Positions 48,409 to 56,154 of a stretch of DNA of 64,000 nt are shown here, piece after piece. A program made the translations under genes and the position numbers. Within the stretch, counting starts at the first letter, position 1. Each line of letters begins with the position of its first letter. The stretch covers positions 1 to 64,000 of the IMG/VR virus record IMGVR_UViG_3300017963_000190, one strand, 5' to 3'. The notes under the pieces were generated by a model. It had not been told where the DNA came from, made no database searches, and saw only the letters and a program-made list of their open reading frames with translations.

Positions 48409-48461
48409 GGCTGTTACCTCCGTTCGTTTTTGTTCTTACATTATCAGTATAAGCAGCTTTG

Positions 48462-48668
48462 TTACGCTGTCAAGCCAAGCTCCTCAGGAGTCTTAGTTGG
48501 TTTTCTGCCGCTCCAGTGCGTTGTCTCTGTCCCACATTTTTTGTGCCGTTGCTGGACCCACTGCCTTTTCTCCTCGCAGTAGTAAGCCTCCCAGCACTGG
48601 CGCCGGGGTACCCAGCGCCTGCACTCAGGGCACCAGAAGTGATCGTCGTAGCCAACGTATGGTTCCAT
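48462..48668 (-). CDS. small Cys-rich protein
   Basis: GGAGG RBS. Confidence 0.65.
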   Translation of the reverse strand: MEPYVGYDDHFWCPECRRWVPRRQCWEAYYCEEKRQWVQQRHKKCGTETTHWSGRKPTKTPEELGLTA

Positions 48669-48669
48669 G

Positions 48670-49020
48670 CTAGCATCCTCCTGCGCACGTGCACACACGG
48701 CAGCCGTTTTCGTCGTAGCTCTCAGGCATGTGGACACTGACGCCCAGTTTCTTTTTCAGCAGTGCCAGAAGCGCGGCACCGTCGGCTTCATTGACGTGCA
48801 TCTTTTCCATGATGTATCCAATATCGACAGTTTGGTACGCACGAACGGCCATCACGGTGCCTCCGCTTCCGCCGTTGCGCATCCACGCGATCATGCTGCC
48901 GAAGTCGCAGTCGTCCTCAAAGCTCACCTTGTCAGAAAGGATGCAGCCGTACCGCGTCCCATTACCGGGCTCCCAGATGACAAAGCGCGTAGACTCTCCT
49001 TCAATAAATCGTGTAGGCAT
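48670..49020 (-). CDS. hypothetical protein
   Basis: EPGNGTRY motif. Confidence 0.75.
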   Translation of the reverse strand: MPTRFIEGESTRFVIWEPGNGTRYGCILSDKVSFEDDCDFGSMIAWMRNGGSGGTVMAVRAYQTVDIGYIMEKMHVNEADGAALLALLKKKLGVSVHMPESYDENGCRVCTCAGGC

Positions 49021-49032
49021 CCTCTTACCTCC

Positions 49033-49665
49033 TTAGAACTGGCCGCTGTCTTTCATGGCCTGGTCAAGCTGCTCTACGAGCTGGATAACTTGCTGCTCCA
49101 GTCGCAGCCATGGGGCAATCGTGCGCGTCTTGAACCGCTTGGGGCGATCGTAATAATCAGAAGAGGACCCCACGTAACCGCCGTCTAGTTTTTCAGCTGC
49201 AGCATGCACCCGCAACGACAACTGGCGCCGTTTAACTGCCAGCTCCCCACGTCCCATCATTGGGATATCCTTAACATGGGGAGCCTCTGGCTTTACATCG
49301 TCCCACACGAGCCGCGCTTGGACGATCTTACATTCGGTACCCGTGAATACGTAGCGCCACCGCTCCCCTTCCTCCCCAGCCATCTCGATGAAGGAGCCCG
49401 CTTCCACGAAAGGCCCTAGGGCCTTAAAAAAAGCGTCGTCATCTACAGATGCTTTTTCGCCAGCGAAACCGATGTCCTCGATGTTCCCCTCGGCGTCGGT
49501 GGAGTACACCTCCCATCCCATCTCGAACAAGATGTCATCGAAAGACGCGCGTTTGCTGGGGTTGCCTGTCTGCCACTCCATGTTGATGAGGGCCTGGCGC
49601 GCGGGCTCGATCTTCTCGGCTCTCATGAAAAAGCTAGTCGCGATGCAGTTGATTCCGTATCCCAT
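49033..49665 (-). CDS. hypothetical protein
   Basis: LGPFV..GSFIEM.GEEGERWR. Confidence 0.8.
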   Translation of the reverse strand: MGYGINCIATSFFMRAEKIEPARQALINMEWQTGNPSKRASFDDILFEMGWEVYSTDAEGNIEDIGFAGEKASVDDDAFFKALGPFVEAGSFIEMAGEEGERWRYVFTGTECKIVQARLVWDDVKPEAPHVKDIPMMGRGELAVKRRQLSLRVHAAAEKLDGGYVGSSSDYYDRPKRFKTRTIAPWLRLEQQVIQLVEQLDQAMKDSGQF

Positions 49666-49934
49666 GGCTTACCTCCGTTTGTTTCATCCGGCCACAGGAT
49701 AATCAGACGGGCAGCGTGCGTCAAGTTTGACAGGTGCCTCAGAGAAAATAAGACAAAATGCATTTTCGGGGTTGCGCTAGCCAGAATAATGGTAACGCGT
49801 GAGGGTTTAACCCTTTATGGGGAGGGTGTGGGGTGCCCTCGGCGAGGACGATTAAGATAATAAGTTTCTAAGAGCGACGATTTGTTGGCGCGTAGAGTTT
49901 GACAGGGAGCCAGGCGGGTTTTGTATAGAGGGGG

Positions 49935-50609
49935 TTAGTCCTTTTTTACGGAGCTCTCCAGGAGGTCAGCCAGCTTTTCCGCGGTCTCTAGCTTCATTGC
50001 GAGCTGGGTATGCCAGGCGTAGCAGTATTCGGCGTCACCAAGGAAAGCATCCAGCCGGTTTTTTACATTTTTCAGCCGACGCATCCGCTCCATTGCTTCT
50101 TGTTCATCTTTTTCCGCGTCTTGCTTCAGCTTGCGCACACGCGCAAGCGCATCCTTGCGCCGAAGGTACCCTGGTCCATCGGGATCTTGGAGGAGTTTGA
50201 CATGTTGTTGCAGTGCTGCAACTATGCCGTTGTCCGCATCGGATGTGGACAGTTGCGCCAGGGTTGTCTTCGGTGCTTGGTCGTGATAGACAGATATGCC
50301 GTGTGGTCGGTACGCGTCCAATATTTGATCGATGAGGCTTAGGGTCTCGTTGCGCAGAGGTATCACAACTTGCCGCTCCCGATTACTATGCATGTGGTTG
50401 TAGCTTCCTCCGGATGCGCGTACGCTAGGGCCAAAGCGCCGCGTGAAGCTACGTTCCATCTCAAAAACCAATACCACTGTTGTGGGGGTATCCACGCGCC
50501 GCACCACTGGGATCTGGCATCCACAATACGTGGAGCTATGGCTACTATAATCCAGCCTGTAATAGGGCGGGATCTTTGGGAGCATATACTTCGGCGCGAC
50601 CTTAGTCAT
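49935..50609 (-). CDS. hypothetical protein
   Basis: 224 aa, AGGAG RBS. Confidence 0.75.
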   Translation of the reverse strand: MTKVAPKYMLPKIPPYYRLDYSSHSSTYCGCQIPVVRRVDTPTTVVLVFEMERSFTRRFGPSVRASGGSYNHMHSNRERQVVIPLRNETLSLIDQILDAYRPHGISVYHDQAPKTTLAQLSTSDADNGIVAALQQHVKLLQDPDGPGYLRRKDALARVRKLKQDAEKDEQEAMERMRRLKNVKNRLDAFLGDAEYCYAWHTQLAMKLETAEKLADLLESSVKKD

Positions 50610-50618
50610 GGAATTCTC

Positions 50619-50837
50619 CTAGTTCTCCTTTTGGGGGATCCACTCTGTTTTACCTAGGTGTCGTACCCACGCTTGCTTGACCACATCGTTGACCGTCAGC
50701 ACAGCCATCGTGTACGTGCGCTCCCGTGCTTTAAGCTCTGTCTTCACTTCATCGAGGTTGCGCAGCTCTAAGAGTTTCGGTGGAAGAATATCCGTTTCCA
50801 GATCTCGAAAGTGAAGTTGCATTGTAGGGGGAAGCAT
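50619..50837 (-). CDS. hypothetical protein
   Basis: start MLPPT behind ACGGAGG. Confidence 0.7.
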   Translation of the reverse strand: MLPPTMQLHFRDLETDILPPKLLELRNLDEVKTELKARERTYTMAVLTVNDVVKQAWVRHLGKTEWIPQKEN

Positions 50838-50883
50838 GTTGTAATCCTCCGTGATTAGTGCTGGCACAGTATAAGCAGATATG

Positions 50884-51150
50884 CTACCGCGTCAAGTTCA
50901 GCTTCCCGGTTACCAGCAGCTCCTTGTCAGGTTTATGTAACCGCTTGATGCGGTACTCCAGCTTGCAAGCAGCACTGCGCGTAGGCTGCTTCATAAACCA
51001 GGCCAGCGAAACAGGACGCCTCCCCCTGGTATACTTGGCTCCCTTGTCGCTGGAGTTGTGCTCGTCTAGGCGTCTAGGTAGGTCGATGGTAACTCCGCAG
51101 TACAGAGAGTCGTCTGCGCAGCGTAGGAGGTACACGTACCACGGTTTCAT
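50884..51150 (-). CDS. GIY-YIG nuclease (UPF0213/YhbQ-like)
   Basis: WYVYLLRC.D.SLY.G.T.D..RRL.EHN..GAKYT..E..IK. Confidence 0.9.
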   Translation of the reverse strand: MKPWYVYLLRCADDSLYCGVTIDLPRRLDEHNSSDKGAKYTRGRRPVSLAWFMKQPTRSAACKLEYRIKRLHKPDKELLVTGKLNLTR

Positions 51151-51857
51151 GCAGCAGCTCGAAGCGATGCTCTTTCATAGCCGTGTCGGAGGCGTCGGTA
51201 GTGTGGGCCTAGGAACTCGATCTTTCCTCCGCAGCGCGCATGCATTTTTACGAGGAACTTGTAGAAGCGTCGGTCATACCCTGCTGGTGTGTACGGTAAC
51301 GACTGGCAGATAAATACCTGATCGTAGACACGAGCCAAATCATCCTGCTTAAGGCTGGACCATTGGCCCACCCACCGCATGGAGATCTCTTTGTGTTCTT
51401 CAGCAAAGCTACACCAACAGCCGCAGTGAAGGAAATGCCAAGGGTTTACTTTCCCATCGATCAGTTTGGGCTCGAACGGAGAGTCAAGCCAGTGGGCTTC
51501 GCGGTCCTCGTGCGCATCGATATTCAACACGTGGCAGTTTCTTGAAAGCACCGGCCAGATGTCTGCGTGGCACTCTGCTACAGATACGGGAGCTCCTTTT
51601 TTGATTTGGAGCTCCCGTAAGAAATCCACAGGGCTAGACGTTGACCCCTGTAGGTATTCTCCTGCATCCAATTGGTGTAGCATTCTTGATGGAGCTGTAA
51701 CCCTGCTAATTAGGGGTCGAGGGTGGTCTCTGAAGAGATTTCCTCCATCGCAGTACACGTCCAACCAGGAGCACGGGACGCAAGATCCAGCTATGTCTCC
51801 TGCGCCATCGAAGAAAAAGTCCCAGTCGATGCTAAGAACGTTGGCGTTATTCTTCAT
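51147..51857 (-). CDS. putative metal-dependent hydrolase (arginase/UPF0489-like)
   Basis: LSIDWDFF, ECH, NIDAHED. Confidence 0.6.
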   Translation of the reverse strand: MKNNANVLSIDWDFFFDGAGDIAGSCVPCSWLDVYCDGGNLFRDHPRPLISRVTAPSRMLHQLDAGEYLQGSTSSPVDFLRELQIKKGAPVSVAECHADIWPVLSRNCHVLNIDAHEDREAHWLDSPFEPKLIDGKVNPWHFLHCGCWCSFAEEHKEISMRWVGQWSSLKQDDLARVYDQVFICQSLPYTPAGYDRRFYKFLVKMHARCGGKIEFLGPHYRRLRHGYERASLRAAA

Positions 51858-52090
51858 CAGTCTTCTGTGGATTCCAGCTTCTTGTGCCCGGCGCGCATGA
51901 CAGCTCGCAGGTGCGCTGCTACCCCCCGACAGACCCGAGCGTATTCTTCCTCATCGGACCGCGCGGCTTCCTCCGCTTCACCGAGCTCTTGCTTTTCCCA
52001 CTGCGCCAGCAGTTGCATCATCTCCAGATAGCCAGCTTTCCAGTTGGTTGCGGTGGTCAGGATCTTTCTGGTGTGTGGCGGGGTAGGCAT
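51857..52090 (-). CDS. hypothetical protein
   Basis: TGATG coupling. Confidence 0.65.
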   Translation of the reverse strand: MPTPPHTRKILTTATNWKAGYLEMMQLLAQWEKQELGEAEEAARSDEEEYARVCRGVAAHLRAVMRAGHKKLESTED

Positions 52091-52094
52091 CGTT

Positions 52095-52388
52095 TTAGTT
52101 TACCGTGGTGTGCTCTTCGTTGTAGATCTGGTCCCAGAATTTCTGCTCTTTCTCTCGTGCCTCGTCCCAGTTATTGACCGCCTGCTGGACCGTGGTGGCG
52201 GAATCCCCGTAGATGTCACAGCAGGTGCACCCAACGCGGAACCGCTTGCCATCGACGTGGCGGTCAACCACCACATCGGTCTTGTCGCCGCAGTCGGAGC
52301 AAGGGAATGTCCCGATCTTGAAACGCCGCGTCAGCTTTGGGTCTGCCTTCCATTCTTGCACGTAGTCATCTGTTGTGTCGTTGTACAT
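52095..52388 (-). CDS. Lar-like (restriction alleviation) Zn-ribbon protein
   Basis: PCSDCG..V.CTCC..AVNNW. Confidence 0.6.
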   Translation of the reverse strand: MYNDTTDDYVQEWKADPKLTRRFKIGTFPCSDCGDKTDVVVDRHVDGKRFRVGCTCCDIYGDSATTVQQAVNNWDEAREKEQKFWDQIYNEEHTTVN

Positions 52389-52442
52389 TGCCGAAAACCT
52401 CCGTTTGTTGATGGCTAGAGTATAATCAGCGATGTTACATTG

Positions 52443-52793
52443 TCAAGGTGGAAGGATTAAATCCACAATGGCGCCCACGTTAACCGTATCGTCCTTGCGG
52501 ATACGGAAGCAGTGCGTACTTCCTATATCTGGATCGGCGAACTTCACCGTGAAGTTTCGCGGTTTGTCTGATCTCCAGCTCACGATCGTAGGGCCACACC
52601 GCAGCTCGAATACATCCCAAGCCTTTGAGCCGCGTCTCTCAAAGCCCTGCTGGATAAAAATGGAGCTGTCCGACACACCTTTGCTATGCAGCAGCTTTTT
52701 AATGCCATCAACAACCGATTGCAGATCAATGACTGGGTTGTAGACCACCGCCTTAACCAATCTAGGTGGCTTTTTGCGAGCGGCTTTTACCAT
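52443..52793 (-). CDS. hypothetical protein
   Basis: 116 aa. Confidence 0.65.
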   Translation of the reverse strand: MVKAARKKPPRLVKAVVYNPVIDLQSVVDGIKKLLHSKGVSDSSIFIQQGFERRGSKAWDVFELRCGPTIVSWRSDKPRNFTVKFADPDIGSTHCFRIRKDDTVNVGAIVDLILPP

Positions 52794-53008
52794 TGATCTG
52801 GATCCTCATCTGGCGAGAGCTCCGGTTGATTGTCTTGCTTGCGTCCGACGCTGCTGAAGTCTTTTGCGGTGCCCTCGTACCCACAGCCGCGGCAGCTCAT
52901 CGGCAACTTTTCTACGTTCTTACCCTTAGCGTTCAGAAACGCATTCGGGTCTACGTTGAACATTCGACCGTTGCATTGTGGGCAGGAATAGTTTTTCAGG
53001 CTCAACAT
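52787..53008 (-). CDS. small Zn-ribbon protein
   Basis: CPQC..CRGC. Confidence 0.7.
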   Translation of the reverse strand: MLSLKNYSCPQCNGRMFNVDPNAFLNAKGKNVEKLPMSCRGCGYEGTAKDFSSVGRKQDNQPELSPDEDPDQW

Positions 53009-53009
53009 C

Positions 53010-53447
53010 TCAGCCTCCTAGCTCTTGTGGGGAACCAATGTCCGCATTCGCGCCTGCCGCAACGAGATTCCTGTGCATGATTTGGAGCTGCGCGTTCGAC
53101 AGGTGTATCATAGATGAGATCTCGGCGATGGAATCCACCACCCGTATCGGTGCTGAGTCCACCAGTAGCTTGGCTTCCTTTAAACCAAGCCCTGTTGCTT
53201 CCCGCATCACCTTGATCACCTGGATCTTTTTGTCACCAACGCGACGCAGAAGGATCTCCAGTTTCATCTCTGCGAGACGAGCACGTTGTGTAATCGGGGC
53301 AGTTGCCGCCTCCACCACCATCTTTGCGATCCCATCTACAGCACTCTGCCCGCTGTCCTGCTGGATATGGTGCATGACTAGCATGACTTCGGGCATGGTC
53401 ATGGCTTGTAGATCTCTGGCCAACCGCCGTGCTCTAGCTCTGTTCAT
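53010..53447 (-). CDS. ribosomal protein bL12 (L7/L12) C-terminal domain protein
   Basis: GDKKIQVIKVMREATGLGLKEAKLLVDSAP..L..AGA. Confidence 0.85.
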   Translation of the reverse strand: MNRARARRLARDLQAMTMPEVMLVMHHIQQDSGQSAVDGIAKMVVEAATAPITQRARLAEMKLEILLRRVGDKKIQVIKVMREATGLGLKEAKLLVDSAPIRVVDSIAEISSMIHLSNAQLQIMHRNLVAAGANADIGSPQELGG

Positions 53448-53731
53448 TGTCTGTGTCCTTTCTTTTGTTGATCTGCCGCGGCCTGCATCTCAGCCAAGGT
53501 GCTGAATACCTCTGCAAACTCCTCAGGAGCATCAGGTGACATAATGTGCACCTTGTCTATTTCATCTCGATAGGCGACCGTGCGCACCACTGTAGGTGTT
53601 TTCGACGGCGGTATTTGGTGCATGGCATACAGCGCATCACGGAACTCTATGAATGGATGGTCGATGGCTAGCTGAAGCTGCCCAAGCTTACCGCCTTTTC
53701 CGATATCGCCACGGCACAGTATGTAGTACAT
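53444..53731 (-). CDS. hypothetical protein
   Basis: TAATG coupling. Confidence 0.65.
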   Translation of the reverse strand: MYYILCRGDIGKGGKLGQLQLAIDHPFIEFRDALYAMHQIPPSKTPTVVRTVAYRDEIDKVHIMSPDAPEEFAEVFSTLAEMQAAADQQKKGHRQ

Positions 53732-54129
53732 TATCGTTGGAGCTCCAAAACTTCTGCGTTGTCCATTGCCTTCTCGATGTGATCCCACAGGTCGGGAGAC
53801 TCAGACAGCCATCCTACCAAGTGGTCAAGGTGCCTGCGGGGCCACCCGTACTTGGTGTACGCTACGATGGAGTAGGAGAAGCTCCTAAGCAGGAACTCCT
53901 GCACATGCTCTGGAAGCTCTTCCCACTTTTCTGTTTCCTTGAGCATCTGTTGTTGCATGCCCACTCGTGTACATAGTACAACATCCCCAGCAAGAATTCG
54001 CCGCATACGTCGTTGTTGTAGCCAAGGCTGAATCCATCGGTTGACGTGCCCAAGCGTGCGCCCGATGACCACGTAGGCTAAGCCAACCGCGAGGATGATT
54101 AGGACGTAAAAGAAAATGGAGTTGTTCAT
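53731..54129 (-). CDS. membrane-anchored hypothetical protein
   Basis: N-terminal TM. Confidence 0.75.
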   Translation of the reverse strand: MNNSIFFYVLIILAVGLAYVVIGRTLGHVNRWIQPWLQQRRMRRILAGDVVLCTRVGMQQQMLKETEKWEELPEHVQEFLLRSFSYSIVAYTKYGWPRRHLDHLVGWLSESPDLWDHIEKAMDNAEVLELQR

Positions 54130-54202
54130 GTCGTCTCCTCGCGCTCAATCCTTCTGGGTTTAGCATAAGCTGGCTTGATGTCACCGTCAAGTTCGCTGGC
54201 AA

Positions 54203-54760
54203 CTAGTTTGCGTCCGAGGGGTCTGGTTTGGGAAGGGTTGAAGAGAGACCAAGCCCGCTGTTGAGCAGCGTGGCGAAATCCAATGGGTTGCCTAATAGCT
54301 CACCGTCTAGCATATCCTTGAGCGGCATTTTAGTCGGCCCCTTCGCCATAACTTCCAGCAAGGAGCCAAGTGGAATGCGTAGGGGTTTCGTGTCCGAGGC
54401 GATCCGTCCACGAAGGTTTTCGTAGATCAGAACTCGCGCCAGCAGTGCAGGCTCTTCGCCTTCCATTGAGTGAGTTATCAAGGTCAAGACGTATGCGTTA
54501 GTAGCGCTGAGCAGCTCACAAAACGCTTCCGCTTCGTCTTGGTCAAGTGGGAACATGCACACCACGGCATCCTGATCACGGACGAGCGCCATGTGCCCTG
54601 GCTGTTCCGAGTCTACTACCTGGAGACGTTCTGGTGCGAAGGACGCCACCTCGGCGATGCTTAGCTTTGAGGGTGGGAATATCACGGTAATGGCGGGGTA
54701 TTCCACGCCACCGAAGGCGTGAACGTTGAGTTGTAGGCTCGCGTCTGTTGGTATTTCCAT
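54203..54760 (-). CDS. hypothetical protein
   Basis: own promoter, ACGGAG RBS. Confidence 0.75.
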   Translation of the reverse strand: MEIPTDASLQLNVHAFGGVEYPAITVIFPPSKLSIAEVASFAPERLQVVDSEQPGHMALVRDQDAVVCMFPLDQDEAEAFCELLSATNAYVLTLITHSMEGEEPALLARVLIYENLRGRIASDTKPLRIPLGSLLEVMAKGPTKMPLKDMLDGELLGNPLDFATLLNSGLGLSSTLPKPDPSDAN

Positions 54761-54820
54761 GTGGGCGCTCCGTTTCTGTAGTTTGCTTACGTTAATAGTG
54801 TAATCAGCGCCCTATCTGTG

Positions 54821-55138
54821 TCAAGCCTGCCCTCTTTCTACTCTGTAGAGCTCGCTGCGGAGCAGGAATACGTCACGTAGCATGTCGAACCGTTCTTTGT
54901 AGGGGATCATTCGGAGAAAAGCCAGGAGCTCTTTTTTGTAGGGCAGTACGATTCCGAAGGTCATGAACTCCCGGCCATCTTCTGTTTCAATCACAGGAAC
55001 CACTTGCCCCATCTGACCGACGTGGGCAAACTTTGTGATGTGCCCAACCGAGATCGGTTGATCCTCATTGGACACAATCATCACCTTTCCTTTTAGTAGG
55101 TCTGTACAGTATGTGTGGATTTCGTCTACCGGGATCAT
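54821..55138 (-). CDS. hypothetical protein
   Basis: GGAGG RBS. Confidence 0.75.
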   Translation of the reverse strand: MIPVDEIHTYCTDLLKGKVMIVSNEDQPISVGHITKFAHVGQMGQVVPVIETEDGREFMTFGIVLPYKKELLAFLRMIPYKERFDMLRDVFLLRSELYRVERGQA

Positions 55139-55196
55139 GGTTCCCCTCCCCGCCTGAGATGGAGCAGTGGGGGATTTACCTCACTGCTCCTGTTTT

Positions 55197-56054
55197 TCAG
55201 TCGATGAGCAGGAAAGGGCTATCGCCGTTCTCCGTGGCAGTCAGGTAACTCGGCAACTCCTCCCCTTCCTCATCAGCGGCATCCTCCAGCAGGATACCAG
55301 CTCCCCGTTCCTCTGCATGCGCTTCCATCAACCGACGCTGCAGCAGCTCATTGTCAACGTCGTCCAGCTGCGAGCCGGGCTCCATCAGTGCGAAGCGCGC
55401 GAAGTCGATGCTGGAGGTGTTCATACGGTCCTGTACCTGCTTGAGGTCCTCTCCGTGCTTCTCCAGGCTTTTACGTACGTCGATAGCCTGAGCCTTGGCA
55501 TTTGCCACCGCGCGCTGCAGGAAGTCTGCCGCGTCTTCTGGCAACACCATATCGTAACCTCTGAGTCTGGTCACGACGCTGCGGATGCTTTTGTAGTCAG
55601 CGTTTTTGACTGCCACTTTCAGCTCGTCCACCAAGCCGCGCAGATCCACCAGCATATCCTGTAGCACTTCCTCGTTTTCACCTTCCACCTTCCAGCGCGC
55701 CACGCGAAAACGAATTACAGAGTGCTGGGCTTCCTGGTTGAACTTGTCAATTTTTACGGTCCATTTGCGCACCGCTTTATCGATCTCCCTGCGCGAGTCG
55801 CGGGTGCAGAAAATACCCAGATCCCCAGGGACACCCAGATTAGCGATGGCTCGTTTGATACGGTTGCGCAGCGCTTGAGCTTTGTTGTACTCGGCTCGGT
55901 TCTGGATCACCCGGTCTGTGGTCCAGGTGGCCTCCTCCCGCTCGTCTTCTGTGACGACGTCTTCATCCGACCGCCTGTAGGTAAGCCCGCCGTGCACGCT
56001 GCAGCGCACGTTCAGCAGGTAGCATGGTTTCATTTTCTTATAGGTGGTTGGCAT
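55197..56054 (-). CDS. helical hypothetical protein next to AAA ATPase
   Basis: 285 aa, AACGGAGGTAA RBS. Confidence 0.8.
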   Translation of the reverse strand: MPTTYKKMKPCYLLNVRCSVHGGLTYRRSDEDVVTEDEREEATWTTDRVIQNRAEYNKAQALRNRIKRAIANLGVPGDLGIFCTRDSRREIDKAVRKWTVKIDKFNQEAQHSVIRFRVARWKVEGENEEVLQDMLVDLRGLVDELKVAVKNADYKSIRSVVTRLRGYDMVLPEDAADFLQRAVANAKAQAIDVRKSLEKHGEDLKQVQDRMNTSSIDFARFALMEPGSQLDDVDNELLQRRLMEAHAEERGAGILLEDAADEEGEELPSYLTATENGDSPFLLID

Positions 56055-56154
56055 TGGTTACCTCCGTTCACTGTGGTCTGTTTTGCCTGTGTCCTGTACA
56101 GAGTATAAACAGCGGGAGCGTCCGTGTAAAGTTTGACGCTCCCGCTATGGTGAT

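Larger units (their letters stand above)
19951..49812. repeat. dispersed 23-bp element TGGTAACGCGTGAGGGTTWAACC, 23 copies, preceded by a TTGAC-like hexamer
   Basis: + copies start at 19951, 20477, 20970, 21773, 24322, 25082, 25642, 27528, 28088, 28612, 29463, 30871, 31599, 32132, 34971, 37219, 38640, 39911, 49790; - copies at 23366, 23749, 26468, 41305; all intergenic. Confidence 0.95.
28729..49930. repeat. dispersed 12-mer TTTTGTATAGAG
   Basis: exact at 28729, 29591, 29632, 32261, 35099, 40041, 41513, 41538, 49919; inverted at 19070; variant at 58357. Confidence 0.85.

Noticed and set aside
19951-49812. 23-bp repeats as a CRISPR array
   Set aside because: Spacing is hundreds to thousands of bp and contains whole genes, orientation is mixed, and no cas genes are in the window.
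19951-49812. Element as an integron attC or Xer dif site (GTTAAAC fits GTTRRRY)
   Set aside because: There is only a single 7-bp core with no long attC hairpin, no 11-6-11 dif layout and no integrase in the window. The units also carry their own promoters.
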